A stretch of 11,731 nucleotides of DNA from Promethearchaeota archaeon. Lineage in GTDB: Archaea; Asgardarchaeota; Lokiarchaeia; Sigyniarchaeales; SOKP01. The notes below the pieces were generated by a model. It was not told the DNA's origin, did not search any database, and was given only the letters and a program-made list of their open reading frames with translations. The stretch is from contig JABXKD010000098.1 of assembly GCA_013375475.1 (NCBI GenBank), positions 1 through 11,731 of the forward strand, read 5' to 3'. The position numbers and the translations under genes were made by a program. This document shows, in pieces, positions 5,884 through 11,731 of the stretch (its first letter is position 1; every line of letters begins with the position of its first letter).

Positions 5884-8800
5884 ATGAACGAACGGGATCC
5901 AACAAAAGAGGCGTTTTTTTCTGACATGGGGAATATTGAGGAAGAAATAGCTTCTGAAGCATATGAATTAGTACGCCACGCATTATCGTTAGTAGAAGCG
6001 CAATTCTATGACGACAGTATCGAGATTTTAAGGCAAGCGATTGGGTTATATTCACAAATCAATAAATCATCAGAAATTGAAGCCTTAAATGGTAAAATCG
6101 ACGAAATTTATTTATTAAAAGAGAAAACATTTAGAGAACGCGAATTGAAAACGGGTATTGAAATTGAGATGGCTCAGGAAGAAGACTTATTAGCCCAGAA
6201 TGAGGAGGAATCTTATAAAGAAGCAGATTCGCTTATTGTGAAGGCTATAGAACTCGTAAATAATAAACAATTTAATGAGGCTCTTGATATGTATGACGAT
6301 GTAATAAAAATTTTAACGAAATTAAGAAAGAGCTCTGAACTAGAGAAGATAAACGATTTAATTGAAGACTGTTATAATAGAAAAGCTGATTTCTTACGAA
6401 AACAGAAAATCCCAACTACCGAGGAAACGACTACGACGCAACAAGAACCTGAAGGTGAAATGTCTGAATTAGAATTAAAAGCGCAGAAAATTAGAGCATA
6501 TGAGGAGGCAAAGAGGAATGAAAGTGAAAAATCTAATCAAGCTTATGAAAAAATAGGAAAAGCAACAGAATTAAAAAATATTCGTCAGTATGATGAATCT
6601 TTAAAACTATTTAAAGAAAGCGTTTCCTTATTTGGAGAAATTAATTGGATTAATGAAGTAAAAAAGATCGAAAATATGATAGAACAAGTCGAAAGAGAAA
6701 AAGAACGATTCTTACTTGAAAAGCAACAAATCAAGGATAGAGAACAGCTAGAGCTTGATAAAAAGAAAAAACATGAGGCTCAATTAATAGAACTCGCTAA
6801 TATTGAAGAACAGATAAAAATACAAGAAAAAGCAGAAAAAGTAAAAATACAAGTTGAAAAAAAGCAAGAAGAAATTAAATTCCAAAATGAAATTTCTGAG
6901 ATGGTAAACTACGCTGAGATGGTAGCAAGAGAATATGATATTAGCATGAAAAAGGCTGTTAAAAAAGGAGAAATTGTTGAGGAATGCGCTTACTCTACAG
7001 TAATAAAGATCTATGAGCAAGTAAAACAAAAAGTAAATGAAAAAGGATGGAAAGATCGAGTAGCTATTTACGATAATCAAATTAGGTATTATCACGATCT
7101 TTTAGAAAAAGACAACAAACTACGGGATATTGAGAGTCAAAAAATTCAAAAGCAAAAAGAATTCGATGAATCTTTAAAAATTAAAGAAGAAATATTAGTA
7201 AATGTTGTGAAAAATGATCAATTAGCACAACTTAAAGAACAAAGAAATGGTGAAGCAGAAATTAAAGAATTTAAAAATGTAATTGAGAAATCTGTCAAAG
7301 AGGCAGAAAAAATGGCTCGCGAATACGACTCTACTTTTAAAAAAGCTGCTAAGTTAGGAAATTTAAATTTTGATTCCAAATATCCTGAAATTATTAAAAT
7401 TTTTGTTGAAGCAAGAGAAAAAGTATTAGCAAAAGGATGGAACGAGGACGCAGTTATTTACTCAAGCCATGTTAAGAAATACACTGAATTGTTCGATAAA
7501 GAAAAGAAAGTTAGAGAACTTGAAAGTAAGAAAGATGAAGAAAAAAGAGTGTATGAAGAGTTTCAAAAGCCTCAAAGAGACGGTGTTGATGTAGAAAAAT
7601 TAAAACTGATTGAAGCTAAAAAACTAAAGGAATTCGATGAAAAGAAATTTCAAGATGAAATTAGCAATCTCGTAAATGAAGCCGAGAAAATGGCAAGGGA
7701 TTACGATGTATCACTTAAAAAAGCGTTGAAGGAAGATAAACTTATCGAAGATTCACCATTTGGTAAAATAATTGAAATTTACAATCGTATAAAAGATACT
7801 CTTATTTTAAAAGGGTGGAAAGACCAAGCTTTAATTTATACTAATCAAATAAAGATTTATCAAGAAAAATGGGGGAAAGATAAGAAATTACGAGAGTTAG
7901 AGCATCAAAAGATGCAGAAACAAAGAGAATATGAAGATTCCTTGAAAATTAAAACAGAAGAGGGAATATCTGGAGGAAAAACTCAAGAATTTGAATCTAA
8001 ACAGCAAAAGGAGATCGTGGAAAAACACTTCCAAGACGAAATTGCTGAACTCGTAAACAAAGCAGAAAAAATGGCTAGAGATTACGAAATGACTCTGAAA
8101 AAAGCGTTGAAAGAGGGTAAACTAATAGGAGAATCTCCATATCTCGAAGTAATTGAAATTTACACGAATTTAAGAAGAAAAATATTAGAAAAAGGTTGGA
8201 CGGAGCAAGGACTGATCTACACGAACCAAATTAAGATTTACCAGGAAAAACTGGAAAACGATAAAAAATTGCGAGAAATTGAGCGTAATAAAATTCTTAA
8301 ACAAGAAGAATTTGAGAATGCACAAAAAATGTTGAACCCAGAGAGACCTGTTGGCGTTGACATTGATAAACTCAAAAAACTCGAAGAGTTAACTAAGATA
8401 GAATCCGAGGAAGAAAAATTTGAGCGAGAGATCGATGAAGTTATAGAAAATGCTGAAAAAAAGGCTCGCGAGTATGAATCGGCTCTTAAAAGAAAAGAAT
8501 TTGAAAAAGAATGTCCCTATTTGGAAATCGTTGAAACCTATAAGAAAATAAGAGAATCAGTGTATGCTAGAGGATGGAAGGATGAAGCTGAAATATATGG
8601 TAACCAAATTTTGCTTTATCAAGAAAAATTCGAAAACGATAAGCATTTGCGTGAAATAGAAGCGGAAAAAATAGAAAAACAAGTGGAATTTAAAGAAGCT
8701 TTGAAAACAACAAAAAAGGAGAAAACACTTAGACTTCAAGAATTGGATGAACTCAGCAGTCAAGATAGAGAAACTGAAGAATTAACAAAAAAAGCAATGG

Positions 8801-10713
8801 ATCTGATAGGTGAAGCAGAAAAAGTTGTGAGAAGTTATGAATTGAGTCTTAAAAAGGATATTTTAACATATAAAAGTCCCTACGATCAAGTAATTTTGAA
8901 TTATGAAAACGCACGAAAATTATTCCAGAAGATAGGATGGAAAGAAGAAGCGCATAAATTAGGGGGCACGATAAATTTTTATAAAGATAAAAAAATGAAT
9001 GACGATAAGCTTCGAGCGCTTGAACAGCAAAAGTTAGAAGTCTCTAAACAAAAAGTACCGATAGCTGCCAAAAAAGAAGTCTTCGCTCACGAGCAAAGAA
9101 TAATTGATTTTGAAAAGATAAAGGAAGCAAAATCTAAAGAATCTGAAGAAGTGTTAAGTAGCATTAATCATGCCGAAAGATTAGCTAAGGAATATGAGCT
9201 AAAAAAGAAAGAAGGAATTCTAACCATCGATTCCCCATTCGAAGAAATAATTAGCATATACAAAAAAGCAAAACTTGATTTCAATCATATTGGTTGGATT
9301 GAAGAAGCAATTCAGTTAGATAATTCTTTGAATTATTACAAAGAAAAATTGATTGCTGACAAAAGATTAAGAGCTTTAGAAAAACAAAAAACCATCAAAC
9401 AAGAAGCAAAAATAAAGAAGCAGAAAATTGAGAAAAAATTAGCAAAAGAAGCTGAAGAAGAGTTATTAAAATTGAAAGCTCAAGCTCTTGAAGTTAAAAA
9501 AAGAAGTGCTATGGAATACGAATCTAAAAAAGACCAAGCGTTTAACTTCATGGACCTTGCTAAAAAGGAGTTGAAACAATACAATTTTGAAAAAGCAGTG
9601 AGTTATTACAAAGAAAGCGAGAAAATATTTGCCGAGATAAATTGGCCAGAAGGAGTCAGGATGATAAAAGAATCAATAAATGTTATCAAGATAAAAAAGG
9701 AAAGAATTGAGCGTGAAACAAAATTAAGTGAAGCGAAAAAGATAGAAAAATTAAAACTTGAGGCTCAAATTCAAGATAAGATTAGTAAAGCAAAAGATTT
9801 ACAAAATATGCAGCAAGAACAAAGAAGAAAAGAATTACTAACAATTCAAGAGGAAAAGGAAAGAGAGAGGGAGATTTCAGAAAAGGCTTATGGTTTCTTG
9901 GGAGAGGGAACTAGGCTAAAGGACAAAAAGAGATTCGAAGAAGCCTATGAAAAATATATTTTGGGAAGGGATATGTTCAAAAAAATTGGATGGGAGCATG
10001 AGGTTAGCAGGATTAATAACGATCTTTTGATCATACTCAAAAAAGAAATGAAACAAACTGAAAAACTAAAAGCTTACCAGCAAAAGAAAGTAGAAGAGAA
10101 AAAAGAACTTGAAGAATTGTTAAAAGATGCGGACGAAAAACAAAAGGAACTCGACCAACAAAAGAAAGTAGAAAAACGTAAACAGCGTGAAAAATTAATT
10201 CAAAAAGAACGTGATATCGCTAGTGATATAATTAAGACGCTTAAATACAATGAAGGCGTTTTAGCTTTAAGAAGAATAATCAAGAAAATAGAAAACACAG
10301 ATCAGGATAAAATGATTAAAGAACTGAATAAGCAAATTGAGGTACTGGAAAACGCAAGTCAGGTTCCAATTATAACAAAAGTTGATCTCGATAAAGATGA
10401 GAATCTTGATAAATTCAAGCTAGCTTTTCAAGCATTAGATAAAGCGCAGATTTCCTTATCAACAAATTCTTTTCTGAGAGCAATTACAGAATTAAACGAA
10501 GCTTTGTATAACTTGCGAGAAACTCAAATAGGAATAAGATTTATCTCTGTAATAGAAGATAGAGTGAATACTTATAAGAAAGAATTGGATATTAAAAAAG
10601 CTCCAGAACAGAAAAAAGAAGCTCCAAAAATCGAAACTGACGATATTAGAAAAAAAATAGCAGCTAGGCGTGCTGAAAGACGAAGAAGAATAAAAGAGTT
10701 GATGGATCATTAA
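5884..10713 (+). CDS. Giant Glu/Lys-rich alpha-helical repeat protein (TPR/MIT-like three-helix modules with charged coiled-coil linkers), 1609 aa
   Basis: Uninterrupted 4.8-kb ORF with no signal peptide or TM segment. It shows recurrent AEKxAR(E/D)Y...GW...IY.NQI..Y.EK...DKKLR units and A..L...A......Y.EA...Y units. Confidence 0.9.
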   Translation: MNERDPTKEAFFSDMGNIEEEIASEAYELVRHALSLVEAQFYDDSIEILRQAIGLYSQINKSSEIEALNGKIDEIYLLKEKTFRERELKTGIEIEMAQEEDLLAQNEEESYKEADSLIVKAIELVNNKQFNEALDMYDDVIKILTKLRKSSELEKINDLIEDCYNRKADFLRKQKIPTTEETTTTQQEPEGEMSELELKAQKIRAYEEAKRNESEKSNQAYEKIGKATELKNIRQYDESLKLFKESVSLFGEINWINEVKKIENMIEQVEREKERFLLEKQQIKDREQLELDKKKKHEAQLIELANIEEQIKIQEKAEKVKIQVEKKQEEIKFQNEISEMVNYAEMVAREYDISMKKAVKKGEIVEECAYSTVIKIYEQVKQKVNEKGWKDRVAIYDNQIRYYHDLLEKDNKLRDIESQKIQKQKEFDESLKIKEEILVNVVKNDQLAQLKEQRNGEAEIKEFKNVIEKSVKEAEKMAREYDSTFKKAAKLGNLNFDSKYPEIIKIFVEAREKVLAKGWNEDAVIYSSHVKKYTELFDKEKKVRELESKKDEEKRVYEEFQKPQRDGVDVEKLKLIEAKKLKEFDEKKFQDEISNLVNEAEKMARDYDVSLKKALKEDKLIEDSPFGKIIEIYNRIKDTLILKGWKDQALIYTNQIKIYQEKWGKDKKLRELEHQKMQKQREYEDSLKIKTEEGISGGKTQEFESKQQKEIVEKHFQDEIAELVNKAEKMARDYEMTLKKALKEGKLIGESPYLEVIEIYTNLRRKILEKGWTEQGLIYTNQIKIYQEKLENDKKLREIERNKILKQEEFENAQKMLNPERPVGVDIDKLKKLEELTKIESEEEKFEREIDEVIENAEKKAREYESALKRKEFEKECPYLEIVETYKKIRESVYARGWKDEAEIYGNQILLYQEKFENDKHLREIEAEKIEKQVEFKEALKTTKKEKTLRLQELDELSSQDRETEELTKKAMDLIGEAEKVVRSYELSLKKDILTYKSPYDQVILNYENARKLFQKIGWKEEAHKLGGTINFYKDKKMNDDKLRALEQQKLEVSKQKVPIAAKKEVFAHEQRIIDFEKIKEAKSKESEEVLSSINHAERLAKEYELKKKEGILTIDSPFEEIISIYKKAKLDFNHIGWIEEAIQLDNSLNYYKEKLIADKRLRALEKQKTIKQEAKIKKQKIEKKLAKEAEEELLKLKAQALEVKKRSAMEYESKKDQAFNFMDLAKKELKQYNFEKAVSYYKESEKIFAEINWPEGVRMIKESINVIKIKKERIERETKLSEAKKIEKLKLEAQIQDKISKAKDLQNMQQEQRRKELLTIQEEKEREREISEKAYGFLGEGTRLKDKKRFEEAYEKYILGRDMFKKIGWEHEVSRINNDLLIILKKEMKQTEKLKAYQQKKVEEKKELEELLKDADEKQKELDQQKKVEKRKQREKLIQKERDIASDIIKTLKYNEGVLALRRIIKKIENTDQDKMIKELNKQIEVLENASQVPIITKVDLDKDENLDKFKLAFQALDKAQISLSTNSFLRAITELNEALYNLRETQIGIRFISVIEDRVNTYKKELDIKKAPEQKKEAPKIETDDIRKKIAARRAERRRRIKELMDH
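6889..9381 (+). repeat. Seven tandem degenerate ~120-130-aa protein repeats within the 1609-aa ORF
   Basis: Conserved Gly-Trp codon pairs start at 7045, 7435, 7813, 8194, 8572, 8935 and 9292 (spacings 130, 126, 127, 126, 121 and 119 codons). Confidence 0.9.
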
Positions 10714-10715
10714 AT

Positions 10716-10739
10716 AAATCTAAAAATTTTTTTAGATTT
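10716..10739. terminator. Palindrome/oligo-T element between convergent genes; candidate bidirectional terminator
   Basis: AAATCTAAAAA-TT-TTTTTAGATTT (11-bp inverted repeat) lies just after the TAA at 10713, followed by A-runs that read as T-runs for the minus-strand gene. Confidence 0.5.
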
Positions 10740-10767
10740 TAAAAAAAGAAAAAATTGGAATAAAAAA

Positions 10768-10998
10768 TTAAATTATTTCCTGTATTTGATTTTCAATCTC
10801 TGATTGAGACATCAAAGCGGGACTTATGTTTCGCTTTACGCTCTCTTCAATTAGATACTCCGTTCTTATTAAATCCCTAATTCCCACTCGAATAGCTTCA
10901 CTTCGATTGGGAAACTTTCCCTCGACAACAAGTATTTCTAAGACTTTTAAATATGATTCTGGTAAATTAACTGAGATTAACTTTATTTTAATCACCAA
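10768..10998 (-). CDS. Ribbon-helix-helix (CopG/Arc/MetJ) transcriptional regulator, CdrS-like; start codon uncertain
   Basis: KLISVNLP (beta ribbon) ESYLKVLEILVVEG (helix A) KFPNRSEAIRVGIRDLI (helix B). The GxFPNRSEAIR motif is typical of archaeal CdrS-type RHH proteins. There is no in-frame ATG near the 5' end. Confidence 0.85.
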   Translation of the reverse strand: MVIKIKLISVNLPESYLKVLEILVVEGKFPNRSEAIRVGIRDLIRTEYLIEESVKRNISPALMSQSEIENQIQEII

Positions 10999-11196
10999 TT
11001 TTATGAGGTTCTTAGAAAAACTCTACGTTTTTCTATACAATTATATATACCGAGGTGATATTTAAGCATTTAGTGGAAATTGACCCTAAGTAATCCGACG
11101 AAATAAAATTAGAGAAGATTAAACGACTAATCGATCGTTTGGGATTTTTGTCTGCTCAGTTTTAAGATAAAGATTCAAGTTTTCAAGATCAAAAAG

Positions 11197-11260
11197 TTTT
11201 TATATACCTTAAAGTATATATATTACACCTTATATGTAACACCTAATATATATATAATAA
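11197..11260. promoter_or_regulatory. Candidate promoter/operator region between the divergent RHH gene and the 11286 gene
   Basis: TATA-like TTTTTATATA preceded by an A-rich BRE-like AAAAAG. Inverted repeats TATATAC-N6-GTATATA (11201-11220) and TTACA-N7-TGTAA (11223-11239). Three A(C/T)ACCT(T/A)A repeats. Confidence 0.45.
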
Positions 11261-11285
11261 TTTTTAAAAAAAGAAGTGATAAATT

Positions 11286-11609
11286 TTGGCAGATATTGAA
11301 GCTCAGTTAAAAGCTCACCTAAAAAATGGAGCCGATTGGGAGAAGATGGAAACTCCAGTACCTGGAGTGAATGTGGTTAAAGTTCCTGCGACTAAAACTC
11401 GTCCGGCTCTATTATTCTTGGAAGTAAATCCTTTAAAAGAGGATGGGAAACCGTTGAAAAGAAAAGGATTATTCGTTGGTTCTAAAGAAATGTTAATTAA
11501 ATTTGGTGAGGCTTTAAATGATGACAAAGTTTTCCAATTAATTGGAGAACTGGAAAAAATTAACCCCCAAGGGACAGCAAACGGGGTAACTAAAAAGTTA
11601 GAAATGTAA
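11286..11609 (+). CDS. Conserved archaeal hypothetical protein, 107 aa (possible nucleic-acid-binding protein)
   Basis: TTG start 5 nt after GAAGTGAT SD-like motif. Protein-like composition with DWEKMETPVPGVNVVKVP and LEVNP..DGKPLKRKGL motifs. Followed by oligo-T. Confidence 0.8.
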   Translation: MADIEAQLKAHLKNGADWEKMETPVPGVNVVKVPATKTRPALLFLEVNPLKEDGKPLKRKGLFVGSKEMLIKFGEALNDDKVFQLIGELEKINPQGTANGVTKKLEM

Positions 11610-11615
11610 CATTCC

Positions 11616-11629
11616 TTTTTTTTATTTTT
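11616..11629 (+). terminator. Oligo-T terminator
   Basis: T8-A-T5 starting 7 nt after the TAA at 11607-11609. Confidence 0.5.
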
Positions 11630-11731
11630 AATTTATTTAATTATATTTAAAATTCATTTTCGAAGCAATTTTAAATGTGGAATACTTTATTTTTTTAAAT
11701 ATTCACACTAATTATTTATTAATCAAAACAT

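Noticed and set aside
5355-6055. Antisense ORFs 5355..5735 and 5858..6055
   Set aside because: Ser/Leu-rich mirror frames of real plus-strand genes.
6889-9381. Periodic repeats as a CRISPR array or DNA tandem repeat
   Set aside because: The repeats are degenerate at DNA level, in frame and conserved at protein level only.
6784-10710. Phe-rich minus-strand ORFs (6784..7095, 8557..8763, 10492..10710) resembling membrane proteins
   Set aside because: Artefacts of reading GAA/AAA-rich codons of the 1609-aa gene in reverse.
10826-11527. ORFs 10826..11065(+) and 11315..11527(-)
   Set aside because: Antisense to the RHH gene and the 107-aa gene, which have better motifs and SD signals.

Overview
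AT-rich archaeal genomic DNA, most likely Asgard/Lokiarchaeia-like (inferred from the proteasome alpha gene, an IPGF-TM-basic sorting tail, GTGAT-type Shine-Dalgarno motifs, oligo-T terminators and a giant helical-repeat protein). The main signal is at 766-2118. The proteasome alpha-subunit gene (minus strand, 1530->766) is interrupted inside the conserved YTQxGG|IRPFG motif by exactly 30 nt that contain an in-frame TAA. This insert folds with the flanking exon sequence into a bulge-helix-bulge-like structure. Its predicted endonuclease cut sites remove exactly 30 nt and restore a 244-aa protein, so it is a candidate archaeal mRNA micro-intron in a core gene. A second, silent-site-diverged 3' half of the same gene lies in inverted orientation at 1804-2118, so the 5' half sits between two alternative 3' halves. 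The rest of the window holds a partial cell-surface protein, a cold-shock-domain-like fragment, a UPF0182-family membrane protein with an N-terminal Zn-finger-like motif, a winged-helix-like protein, a 1609-aa protein of repeated three-helix modules, a CdrS-like ribbon-helix-helix regulator and a small conserved hypothetical protein. All family assignments come from motif recognition by eye, without database searches.
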